From: Catajapyx aquilonaris
Lineage: Eukaryota
Length of the DNA: 64,000 bases
Direction: 5' to 3'
Assembly (NCBI GenBank): GCA_000934665.2
Contig: JYFJ02001709.1
Span: 1-64,000 of the forward strand
Shown here: piece after piece, positions 24,401 to 37,400 of the stretch
Numbering within the stretch: the first letter of the stretch is position 1
Layout of the letters: the number at the start of each line of letters is the position of its first letter
Position numbers and translations under genes: made by a program
Notes under the pieces: generated by a model
Told to the model about the DNA's origin: nothing
Databases searched by the model: none
Seen by the model: the letters and a program-made list of their open reading frames with translations, nothing else

Positions 24401-27400
24401 CGAGATTTGGGGACATTCCATGGCCGCCGCTGTCACCGGATTTGACCACCCCCGACTTCTTGTGGGGGTACCTGAAGAGTTTGGTGTTTGCCACACGTCC
24501 TCAGTTATTGGCTGATCTTAAGGATCAGATAAGACACGCCGTGAGAAACATTCCCCTGGACATGCTGGAGCACGTTGTGAAGGGCTACGTTCGGCGCTTG
24601 GAGGAATATGTTGCCCGCAAGGTGGACATCTATCTAGTGTTGTTTTCAAGAAGTGACTTTTTTGGACATTGATCTATAAATGGCATATCTTTCTCTGTGT
24701 AGTGTAAATGTTTAAAAATATAATCGTTCGTTACTTACGCTGTGCTGCGTCGTTTTTATCTGACCATGACTTTTGCTCCACCCTGTATCACCCACAAATC
24801 TAGTATTTTGTGTCACATAGCATTTACGTACTGGCTCCTGCACGCATACAGACAGTCCCCAACTTATGTAGCTCTGTCATGTGTAGATTCGGACTGAAGT
24901 GGAAAATTCCTGCATTGCAAAATAATATACTGTATGGAACAAGTTGGTAAAGTGAAATGCCAGCAATGACAAGAAAATTCATTAAATTTCAATTTTGCAT
25001 GTTGCTGACGACCTCCAAGAGGAGGAGGAAAAGTTCATAATAGAGCGAAGAGTCAGCCTCTATCTCTTCCTATTGTCACCTGCATTATTGGTGGTGAGGT
25101 TCAGAAGAGTTGAGGGAGATTTCAATTTGTTTCTCTCTATTGTTGCTTTCACATCAAACATTTGGTGGATGAGTAGATGCAACCTTACTGAAGCTTTATA
25201 ATGATTATCCGGTTACAGTTCCCTTGTCAGCTTTCACTTAACTGGCACTTGTAATTTAGTGTGCACAAAGCCCCCACTTCCTTCATTTCCTGATCCCATC
25301 ATACTTTAACATCAACATTCATCATGGTATTAGAATGACTTGAGTAAGAAACAAATGAATGACTGTGTGTGTGACAGGGCAAAGATTAACTTGTTTTATT
25401 GCCATGCAGGGACAAAGGGTGAGAACTTGGGAAGTGCTGTCACTGACTTGAAGCTAAAGGAGGCAGAAGATGCCCTTGCCTGTCTTCGACATCAGAACGA
25501 GTCTCTCTCTGCGGACAAGTGCAGCCTGATGGATCAGCTACGTCAGGCCAACCTCCGTCTTGATGAAGTGGAGCAGGAAGTGATTGAAGCCCACCAGGGA
25601 ACAGAGGAGGCACGTATTCAATTGGTTGCGGCTGATGCAGTTGCCCTGGAAGCTCAGCACTCAGTAGAGTGCATGAAGAAAAAAGCAGAAGAGAAGCTTG
25701 ATGAGATGAGAAAGAAAATTGACCAGCTTTCTAAGGACAAGGAAGCAGCAGAGGAAAAGATGCGCTTGAGTGAGGAGGCTAAGGAGAAGCTGCGGGCGGA
25801 TCTCAGTAAGGTTGTTGCAAATCACAGTGCAGCTGAATCGAAAGCTACTGCTATCCTGGAAGAGCAGATGTCATTGCTGGGAAAGATCAAGAGCAAGGAA
25901 GCTGAGTTGGCCAAGGTGGCCTCTGAGTTGAAGGACACCACTGAGGCCAACAATAATCTTAAAGAGCAGCTGGAAGAAGCGAATGGTAAAGCTGCAGTAC
26001 TTGAAGAATCAGGAAAGGAAGCAAAAAAAGAGATTACTCTGTTCAAGGAGACTAACAAAGACCAAGCCAAACTGGTGCTGGAGCTTTCCAAGACTATAGC
26101 CATGCTTGAGGGAGTGCAGGAGAGGTCAGTGTTTGATTGTTTTGTCCAGAAAAAACCCTTTGGCCATATGGTACTCACAAGGGAAAAATAATTCTGGCGA
26201 GAGACTGACTCGCCAAAGTTATTTTCTATAAGATCAAAACCATTCCTTTCAGTGAAAAAAGGGTAGTGAGACCTCCATGGCGGAATGAAAGTACTGAAAC
26301 AAAGCAGGCGCACGTAAGACCTTGACCTATTGATTTAAGCTGTACAGTACGCGTAGGTCTTACTCAAGCAATTTCCAATATTATACTGCTCAAAAAGTTT
26401 TCTTTCTGAAAAGTGAAATGAGCCACTCCCTATAAGTGTGTTTTCTGAAATTAGGATCTTCAACATTAAGCACATCAAATTTCCATATCATTGGTGAGAA
26501 TCTATGGCCATGAAATATTTATGCACAATCATCGCCTCTTTTAGATATTGATTTTAACTACAGTATAATGCTTTATTTTTTTTAACCTGGAGACGTAAAT
26601 TGGGGAATGTTAGGGGCTCTTTTTCAATGGGATTCTGCATTTTCAAGAGCGAACATTTGAAAGTCTGTGAGGATGAGTTCAGTTATTTTTCCAAAATAAA
26701 ACGTTGCCTTCTGGTATAAGTAGTTTGCAGTAGTACAACTTTTATACGGGCTATTCTATACAGTACTTCAGAATTGCTTGAGTAAGACCTATGGTACAGC
26801 TTTAATCAATAGGTGAAGGTCTTGCATGTGCCTGCTTTGTTTCAGTACTTTCATTCCGCCATGGAGGTCTTACTTCCCTTTTTTGACGTGAATAATTATG
26901 TCTTGAAAATCAGGTCAGTAACAAAAAAGCGTTACAGTCAGAGCCTTGCCAGGGGCCCTCCAGGGGCCCCATGCTGGGGCATGCAGGATGCTTAGGGACA
27001 CCATGTATGTGTCCAGACTTTAGGGTCACCAAGTGCCATGGCTACCGTTGCCATGGCTACTCTTTCTATGGATAACCATGGATAATTTTGGACGCCGCAT
27101 GTTCAGAGATGCTGATGGAAGATACCTCGGGTCCGATCGGGTTACATTGTGACCAACCAAGCTCATAATTTTCTTCGACTTATAGAGAACTTCGACTTAG
27201 GGAAGTTCGACTTATGGAAGTTTTACTGTAACTTAAAATTTTACGACTGCGTAAATTACTCCCGAATGCAAATGACTTTTTATAATACTACATTAAGAAT
27301 ATGGGAAAAGTACAGTGTACATGTGTAAGAGAGAGGTCAGTTACACTTACACACACAAAAAAAAATCGGTTCTGCTGTTGTTAGTTAGCGAGAACTTTAC

Positions 27401-30400
27401 TCCCAAATTCTCTTTATCCCCCTCTTAAGCTCTTACTGCAGGCTAAGTCACTTGTCAGACTCACCTCGTTGATAGTTAAAACCCTGTCTCACTTGGTGAA
27501 TTTGAAGGCCTCCGGGGAAGAACAATCAAGGTCCACCTCAGGTGAAACTGAGATATTCAAATTTCAAATTTCAAAGGCCCATGATGTTGTATTGTAAATC
27601 CTAGGCTACTTGCAGGCCTTCCATATTGGACTATGATCATTACTCCACAACCAAACCATCATATTCTACGATAGTGAAACTATCTTCTGAGAGATGTAAC
27701 TCATTTTTGACAAAAAGTGGACCTTCCCCTGAGGTCTTCATTTAGTCTTGCTATGGCACATTTTTAACCTAATTGTTGCAATCCACTTTTAAAGTTTGGA
27801 ATGACAATTATTGTTGACAGTGGTACTGCTCTTTGCTTATTAATGGCAACATTAGTGACATCAATTTATTTTCATCTGTGGATGGTAGGTCTGCCAAACA
27901 GCTACAGGAGGCTTGCAGAGAGCTGGAGAATAGCCGTACCCGTCTCCACGCAAATGAGAAGGAATCTAAGCTTGCCATAACAGAGCAGGCCAAGCTAGAA
28001 AGTTCTCTGCTCTCTGCAGAAGCTTCCCTTAGAAAGGTGGAGACTGCTAGAGAGATTGAGGCAAAGCGTGCTGAGGAGGCAGAATCCAATCTTTCTGCTG
28101 CTCTGGAAAGAATCCAGATGTTTGAGTCTGAGAAGGTCACCTTGAAAGCAAAGCAAGAAGCTGTAGAGAAAGCAATGGATGCTGCTAGAGTTGACATTGC
28201 ATCCAAAGAAATTCAAATACTCAGGCTCCAGGAGAAGCTGGCACAGCTGAAAGAAGAAAGGGTGTCATCTCAAGAGGCCAGTAATAGATGGGAAGCAGCC
28301 GTGAAGCAGGCCCAGGATGGTCAGCAAGAGGCAAAAAGGCTTCTAGAGAAGGAGACCACTCATAGGGCAGAGTTAGAAAATGAGAGGCAGCTGCTGATAG
28401 TGAAGTTGACCCGCACCATTGAAGATTGCCAGCTTGCAGCTCAACAAGCTCAGAAAGCCAAACATGAGGCATTACAGGAGGTCGAGGGTGCACAGTAAGT
28501 CACATGCAAAATGCCATGGCATGCCTTTGAGATAAGTAGCTGTCTACATGCAAATTCCCTCAATAAGTCTTGTTGATTATCTTGAAACTATGTGTGTATG
28601 TGTGTGCACACTGTGTTGGTTAAACACATTAATTGGCCGCTTCATTCCTTGGCCCCATCCAATGGTGGTATTCCACCCCCCTAATGGAGTGCAGATTCTC
28701 CCAATGGGGTAAAATAAATAAATAAACACATTACTTGATCCAAATTTCATTATAAACAGATTACTGATTAAGAATTAAACATAAATGAAATAAGCAGACT
28801 GAATAAGGGCTGGTTGTATCATCTCAAATGGATTAGAAAATCCAGACACAATCTGAGATTCTTGAAAAATACATTTTGATACAATCTGTCCTCATTATTG
28901 CTTCTACTGTGTTAATAAAATGAGTCTTACCTGCATATTCACTTCCTAGATCCAAGGTTGCAGAGGTCACCCAAGTACTTGCGACCCTACAGAGCGCTGT
29001 AGCTGCAGATAAGGCATTATTAATAGAGGAGAAGGTGCAGATCCTGTCAGAGAAGCACCAGCTAACAGGGGAGCTTCAGAATGCTCAGGAGTCATATGGG
29101 GCACTCCAAAAGGAATGCAGTGGCCTTCATTCTGCACTTCTGGATTCAAAGAATGAGGCAAAATCCCTGCAGGCTGAGTCAGCCCGCTTGCAGGGTGAGT
29201 TTAAGCGGTTGAGGAACATCCAGGAAGATCTCGAAAGAGATAAGGCACGTTTGGAGGAGGACAAGCGGGAACTGAACATTTCCCTAGATGTCTTCAGGAA
29301 TGATGCTGAGAGAAGTCAAGGGAAGCTGGACTCACTGGCTGGACAAAAGAGGGCACTTGAATCCCACGTGGAGGATGCTGAGCGGGAGAGGATATTATTG
29401 GTGGAAGAAATTAGGAGGTTAGAAAAGGAGCTGGAAGACAGGTCAGTTGTGGGATTTGGCGAACATTGGTTCATTGGGTTGGGTTGAACACAGGGCATTG
29501 AATTTCCATGCACACTGACACTGCCAGTACTGTGTATATACATATATAAGGTGTTCCTCTGCCAAAATTGATGATGCACCCTGCTGGTGCTCAGGCAAGT
29601 TGATTGGTTAGTCACTTCGGGACAATATTCAAACCCCAGTCCAGACTAGGCACTAGGTTTGGATCCTCCTTGCCTTTTGCATGCCTCCAACTTTGTTTAC
29701 TTCACCGGAAGTGACAGCCATGAAATCACACGGCCTGCAACTGCCAAAATCATCATTGTGGGCACAGAAACTCCCTGTATATGAATACTATGATCTGTAA
29801 CCTATCAAGTGATGTATGCTGTATAAAATGAAGTGTCTACTGCATGAACAACCTGGATGTGTGCTGCAGCCTTTTTAACAGCAACGTATAGGTTTTATCA
29901 TTTTAAAGGTTTTTAAACAGTTTTGAAAGTTGTTGCTTTATTATTATGTAGTGTTTTTTCAGTACACTGTTATGAGAACTTCAATTGTAATTAATATTGA
30001 TTTCTGCAGATGTGCTCGCCTGTACATGGCCACTGATGCTCTTCGCACAGCACAAATCGAGTCCTCTCACCTGCAGAATGACCTTGCTAAGGCCAACCAT
30101 GACATAAAGATAGCTAAGGATGAGGCTTCCATCTTGCAGCATGAATGTGCCAACTTGCTTATGCAAATGGAGAAAGACCGGCAGAATCTGAAAGAAGTCC
30201 AGGAATTATTGGCTAAGGCTGAATCTGAACGTGACTCTCTAGACACAAAACTGACTGATGCGTCATCTGAAAAGAATGGCTTGGAGTTGCGAATCACTGA
30301 GATGGAAGATGAATTGTGTCGATATTATGCCCAGCAAAGTTCTCAAATTGAGATGTCACATGCTGAGACAGTCCTGAGACAAGCTACCATTCAAGATTTA

Positions 30401-33400
30401 GCCTGTGTTAATGTCAATGCTGTGGAATTGAATGAAAGCATGAAGAACAATGACTCTGGGATACAAGCTCTTCAAGAATTGCTACAGTCAGGATCAGCTA
30501 CTAAGGATCGAATTGAAGCACTACAGGAAAAGGCTAACCAACAGACCAGTGTCTTAGAGCGTGATCTTGTGTCCCTGGTGCAAGATGTCGCAACTGCTAG
30601 AAAGCATGTGATCGAAGCTGGGGGATCTGTAGGTGGTGAAGGGCAGGTTGAGAAATGTGCTTCATGGTTCCAGATGGCCTTGGCAGATATAGTTGATGAA
30701 TCTAATCCAGTCATTGGCAAGGAAGTGGAGAGACTCAGGACAGAACTGGTAGCATATGCCAGTCAGCACTCACGCATCAGAGAGGAATGTCTACAAACTG
30801 AGAGGGAACTGATGGAAGCAGATGCTGCCTTGGTCAGGATGCAGAAGGATGGATACATCATGGAGCAATGCATCAGCACTCTTGTCAATGTTGTTAAACT
30901 TGTGAGAATCAGCTTTCCTCAAAGTGGCACTGCTGAAATCAATCAGGAGGACAAATTGATGCTCAATGGTGCAGCAGGTGAACTTTGCCCCAGTGAGAGT
31001 GAGCTGACGCTGGAGGTCATCCAGAGAGAATGTGAAGAATCAGTGGAAGCACTACATGCCATACGAGCCTTCCATAAAGAGATGTTGGAGAAGGCCAGTG
31101 AGCTGGAACATGCCCCTGAACCTGAGGAGATGTCAAGCAAGACGAGTGTTGACAAGAGCATTCAGGTTGGTGTTGGCTAAGAGAAGGAGTGAAGGTGGGA
31201 ATTAATGGTATGGCCCAACGGAACAAGGGCGGAAGTCCAGCAGGGTAGGAAAGTAGTGAGGTTGCAGAATTTGAAAATTTGAGTCAACTGAATTAGTTAC
31301 TGATGTCCCCCACTCTGTTGGCCTGGAAGGGAAAGTATGGAAGTAGGTGGTAAATATGATGCAGTTTCATAGCAATATATGTACTATATCGCTCAAAAGA
31401 TGGAGACAATTTTGCATTGAAACCACATGCAAAATTGTCTCCATCTTTTTGAGTAGTGCCAAATTTATACCTTGGACTAAGTGCCTTGTTCTATTCAGTT
31501 ATTCAGTTGGTTAAGCAGATGTAAGAGGGATAATATGTGGATTTCAAATGTGAGGCCTGACTGGCTTATTCCCATTTTCTTCTGTTTTTATCCTGGGAGT
31601 GTGTGTCCATAATTTTCTCATGCTTTTATTCCCAGAGATTTTTTTTATACTTATTAGTATCATGAGTTTCTATGCATTATGCACCCATCATTACCATTAG
31701 GAGGCCTAGTTTACTTGTAACATTTTAGCAACGTTTTCATAGTACAGTGAGTCTTCCATATCCATGGGGGATTAGTTCCAGCTCTGCCTCTCTCCACAGA
31801 TACCAAAATCTGTGAATGCACAAGTCCCTAAGGGCCGGTTTCAACGAGCTCAGTATATGATAAAACCAGGGTATTTCTCAAAATCCCTATCTATTTGTAT
31901 GGATTTTCCTAAAGAAACCTGGTTTTATCATATACCAAGCTCGGTGAAACCAGCCCTTAGTTATCAAATATAATAGCATTTGTACATAACCTACAAACAT
32001 CTTCCCATATACTTTAAATCATCTCTAGATTACTTGTAATATCTAATGCAGTGTTCATTCTACTCGTATATAAATGGTTTTTATACTAGTAGTGCTTGGC
32101 TGGCCCCAAATTCTAGTTTTGCTTTTTGGGACCATTTTTTCCCCAACTAATTGCTTTCCACTATTGGTGGAATTCGTAAATTTGGAGCCCGATCCTGAAG
32201 AGTGCACTAAATTACGTAATGGTTACCTCTCGTCTAGTGTATAGACTAGGCTATAAATTACTTTTTTGCTGGCAATGACATAACAACCCCCCCCCCTCAT
32301 GCACATGTTGTACAATGTCAGGTGGACTTTTGGTTGACATCAGATGGGGGGTGGGGGGGGGGGGAAGAGATACCTTCTGCCACATGTAGGGTGAGCAGTG
32401 TGCTGGAGCAGTTATATCTCTTCTACCAACTTGTTTCCACCTCCTCCTGACGATGACCTGCTACATGGTATGGTAAATTATGTATAGTTTCCTGAAGGTA
32501 GAATTAATTGTAGGAGTGAAGGGGGAATCAAATAATATTGGAACCTTTTGACTTTTGCACCACCTTGTGCAGGCCCTCTCACTCCAGAATTATTAAACTG
32601 CTCAGCCCTGTGTTCACACGCTGTACTACTGACATTATCATATCAGGATCAGAAGTCCTACTGACTTTTTACACCATGTGCAAGGAACCTAAGGGACAAA
32701 GGTTTTGGACAAAGTTGCAATGGCCATGTGGGGCTCGTGAATAAATGTAAAAATTGTGTAGCAAATTTGATTCTTGCTAATGCTTATGAAAAAAATGGGG
32801 CCAGACAATGGTAGTGACTCAACAATATATTCACAGGTTGAATGTGACGTGGAATCTGTGTCTTCCATTGCTGAGAATATTCTCTCCGAAAGATGCAGCT
32901 GTACTTTGACTCAGGACCACTCAATTAATCCATCTTGCCATGTGGAGCCTGAATACAATCCAGTGAAAGAAACAATATCTAACTTGGTAAAGGCACAGGA
33001 GGACTTGCAGACTCAGCTTAAGGTGGTCCAGAGCCAGAGTTTCTCCCTGGAGAGAAATCTTGAGGAGAGACTGAAGGCGAGAGTGGAGCTGGAGTCTCGC
33101 CTGGAGGAACTGATGAACGAAGAGAGGGCTTTGGAAGAGAGGGTGAAAGATGTGGAGTCCAACTCAGGTGCCCTCCGTGACAGGCTCGAACTTCTGGGTG
33201 TTAAAGAGAAGCTTTTGGAAATGAAATCAGCCACTGCTCATCAGAAGGTTGCCGTATTCACCGAAGAGCAGCTGCTCAGCTCTGCATCTTCATTTATCAA
33301 GAAGGAAAATAGCTCTGCCTCTTCAGAAACTGTTTTGGAAGTGTTGGAGGCTGTGTCAGAGGTATTTATAAAGCCAAGACCCAGCCTGGTATGTCACCGA

Positions 33401-34337
33401 CTACTTTTATATGGCAGTAGACACCTTGAATTCTGCACTCTGAAACTCCCATTTGTCTCCTACTTGTAGGACTCCAAGTTCCAAAGGTTCACTCATTTAC
33501 ATGCTCCTAGAAACTAGATGAAACCTGGCATTCAGAGTTAGCATGCTTAGGGCCGGTTTCACCGAGCTTGGTATATGATAAAACCAGGTTTCTTTAGGAA
33601 AATCCCATACAAATAGATAGGGATTTTGAGAAATACCCTGGTTTTATCAATACTGAGCTCGGTGAAACCGGCCCTTACAAAGCGGTATTACTGGCCTCTA
33701 ACTACAGGTGGGGAAATGGAAATATTACTACTTGTGTGGTTTTAAAAAAAGAAAAAAAGAAAGAAAGAACAGTGAGCTCCACTAATCCAGCCTTACAGTA
33801 TATGTCAGTACAGATAGGAAGACATTTTCATCCGTGGGCTGGAAAGAGTGAGTGACAGGAGAGGTGCAAGTGCGAAAAGACCAAGAAACTACTTGTTCAT
33901 TTCTTGGTCTCTTTCAATCAAACCCGGGGCCCTTCCATTTGTGGGCACATACATTACTGTTGCCCCACTCTGCCTCCTCCATAATTCCAAAATAGTATTG
34001 GTGATCTAATACAGACACTGCAGAGGTCCATTGACATTTATAGAGGGGAATTATGAAAGTTAGAAAAATGTGATTGTCAAGGTATGAGGAAATAATCCAG
34101 TGAGAGGCACCCTTCCCACTACACACTGGTGTCACACACCACCCATAACAGACCAATCAGACACACACTCAATCCTTTTTTGTCACATCCAAGGTCATGC
34201 CTGGGAACTCCGAAAATGAGGACTCTGGAATTTGGTGTAGAGTTGGTTCCATAATATGGAATCCAAGATTTCATAGTGCCATGCAAATGTAGTCTTTGAT
34301 GCTAGTTGCCAAAATTAAGGTATACTAGATATTTGTG

Positions 34338-34427
<90 letters not shown>

Positions 34428-37400
34428 AGGACCACTGGCAACCTGTACTCCGCTGGCTACCCCTCTATGGGATTATTTTGCCGTGAAGTAAATGATGATG
34501 AAAGGACCACTGGCACCTAAATGTAAAAAGTCGATTTTGTGTGATTTCTTGTGTCAGTCAGTTGCTAAATTTTGCCAGCAAATCCGACCAGAGATAATCA
34601 CCTTCATTAGTTTAGGGTGGTCAATATGTTGGTAGCAGGTGACACATGGATCTCACTTGCTAGCATTTGCTACAATCTTTGTCCTGTATGTAACCTTCCA
34701 GGTCCTCATGATCCATGCACACAGGTGCTTGCAAGAGCATTTAGACCAGGTATTTGAGGAACATCTCTGTTGAACAGTGTTCTTCAATATACCTATTGAC
34801 TTAAAAGACATGGACAAGTGAGATATGTTTACAAATGGGACCCTTACGAATCAGCAAAAAGATGAAGAATCCACATCTTGAGCCATCGTTACAAGGTGTT
34901 GCATGCTTGATACTTTGGATTTACATTTCAGCCAACCTCTGAGAAGCCTAGCATCAGCATTGTGGAAGTGGAGTCAGTTAGTCAGGATGCACAGGTGGCA
35001 GAGGAGATCGCAGTTTTGCGTGCTTCCCTGGCATGCAAAGAAGCCCAACTAGCACACCTCCGGAGCACCTTGACCGAGGCTAGTGGTCGGGCCCTCCGCC
35101 TGGAGCAGGAGAGGCAGCAAATAGTCGCAGAGCAGCAACGTCTAGTGCGAGAAGAATATGATGGGAAGTTGGCCCGCCTGAAGCAGCGTATGATGGAAGC
35201 TTATGCTGAGGAAAAGGCAGCCGCTGAGTCTCGCGTTAAAGGCTTGCGGGAGGCATGTGAGCAGTATGCAGATCAAGTTAAGAGATATGGCCAGGAATTG
35301 GAGGAAAGAAAGAGGCAACTGGATGAGATGACAGCCCTGTGCCAGAGTGAGAGCAGTGCCAGAGCTGAGATGAGGAATCACCTGAGGGACATGGCCGCGG
35401 AGAAGAGGAGCCTTGAGTGCCAGCTCCAGGTGTCAGTTGAACGACTCAAGGAGTTCAGGGAAGCTGCCTCTCAGAATGAAGGAAATAAGGAGAATGCCCC
35501 ACCACTGGCACTGAAGAAATCTTCCAGCCACCACAAGGTTTCCATGCAAATCATTCCTATGGCCCAAGGGTCATCATATCACAGCCATGTAGTTCCCAGT
35601 GGCACTGGTAAGTTGGCTCTGTTGAGAGTAGAAAACCTTGCATGACTCGTTGCCACAGGTTTCTCCAATTCTGTGTACGATCTCTCCAACAAATGAAATA
35701 TTAGCTGATTTCAGTGTCATATTGATGATATTTTGTTGAAGCTAACAATGCATGTGTAATGCATGCATCAAAATTAGTGTTTTTGTCATTTTCTCTTGGA
35801 ATCAAATGAAACCTTGAACATGTGCTTGCAATCTCAGTGAGGGTTGTCTCTCGCTAAGCACCAGCAGTAATCGGCCATCATTGGAACATCCCAAATACCC
35901 TGGTATCTGTTTTCTACCTCTGGGATATCCGAGGATATCAAAGAAGCAGACAGAAGATACCAGGGAAGATAAGATGTTCCAATGCCTGTGAGAGTACTTC
36001 TTGCTGATCCTGACCCTCATTTTTTCAGGCAACTTGTTTAACTGTGAAGATGAGGATGGGGAGGTGTTTGACAACACCTACCTTGATGACCTGAAGAGTG
36101 GAAGTGGAATGATACCTGCCGACGTTACTGCCACTAGTGGCACAGCAGACACAATCGGAAGTGGTCCCTGGGGCAGGCTGAGTGAGCTGCAGCGCCGGAA
36201 CACGCTGTACCCCCCGCATATGCGCTCCTGCTATCCTGCAGAGACCCAGTTCCATACTCCTAGCAAGTTCAGAGATGATGATCTCAAGGCAGGAAAGGCC
36301 TCTGTTGGAATCCTTGGCAATAACAACAGTGCCAATGTTGAGGAAGTCTTGCCCTCAAGAGGGCAGGATGGAAGTAGTCATACCTTGCTGGACCTGCACA
36401 ATGCGACCACATTGTCACAGACAGATCGGCGCAAGTGGAAGGAAATGATGCAGACCACCTACAAACGACCTGGACCTCCAACTCCTGGGAAATACGGAAC
36501 TGAAGAAGCAGCTACACCAGTGGCAAAAGTGAGCTCTAGACGACTGGCAGACCCAGGGTCAGCAAGCTCCAACGCATCGAATTCCTCCAATACATCCAAG
36601 AAGCTGACTCCTGGTGGACGCCTGAGGAACTTCTTGAGACGCAGCAGCAGGTACAAGCCTCAGGAGCAGATCGTCAAGTTGGGTAGAATCAGGGAGGGGG
36701 AAGGGCGCTCCAAGTTCTATTACACACAGGTACATGTCAAAAGGTAGTGGGAGATTCCCTGTTGTTGGTGTCAGCATCTTATTCCTTCCATGCCTGGGGG
36801 AGCACCTGGATCGCAGGGTTTTACTTTTGCACCTTTCTGCATGGCCAATGCATGTGTGTTGCATGCCCACACTTATGATTATTGGGTTTGGGATTGTTGG
36901 GTATTTTATTATCCATTCAGCCAGATAATTGTAGTGACATCACAAACCTTTAATTTTTAAGTTCCATAGTTGGCAGTCATTGTTGCCCATTGTGACGTCA
37001 CAACTATTCTCCGGTGGATTCAATAATACACTGGGTATCTAATCTGTGATGGTTGGCTCCTATGCACCTTTTTGCCAATTTAAGCATAATTTTTTGTAGT
37101 AAATCATTTCCATAATAATTGACTGAAACAAACTGATTACCAGTACATAAATGTGGCTTCCTGCCAAAATAATAGGACTGAGTCCTACAGAGGTCACTTT
37201 GGAATACCCCACAACAGCATGACTATTTCCCTCATTGGAATGAAAGCATCATGTGGCATAAAATGGCCCTGCTGGGATGGACTCAAATGAAATGCAGAAG
37301 TATGTGTCCTTTCCACGACAGTCTAAAATTGATGTTGAGCTTGGCAAATGTGCCCTGGCAGGTGAATGACATTTCACGTAATGAAATCTAGTAAGAAGGG

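Noticed and set aside
25822..33234. Ser/Leu/Phe-rich minus-strand ORFs
   Set aside because: Antisense shadows of mud coiled-coil exons.
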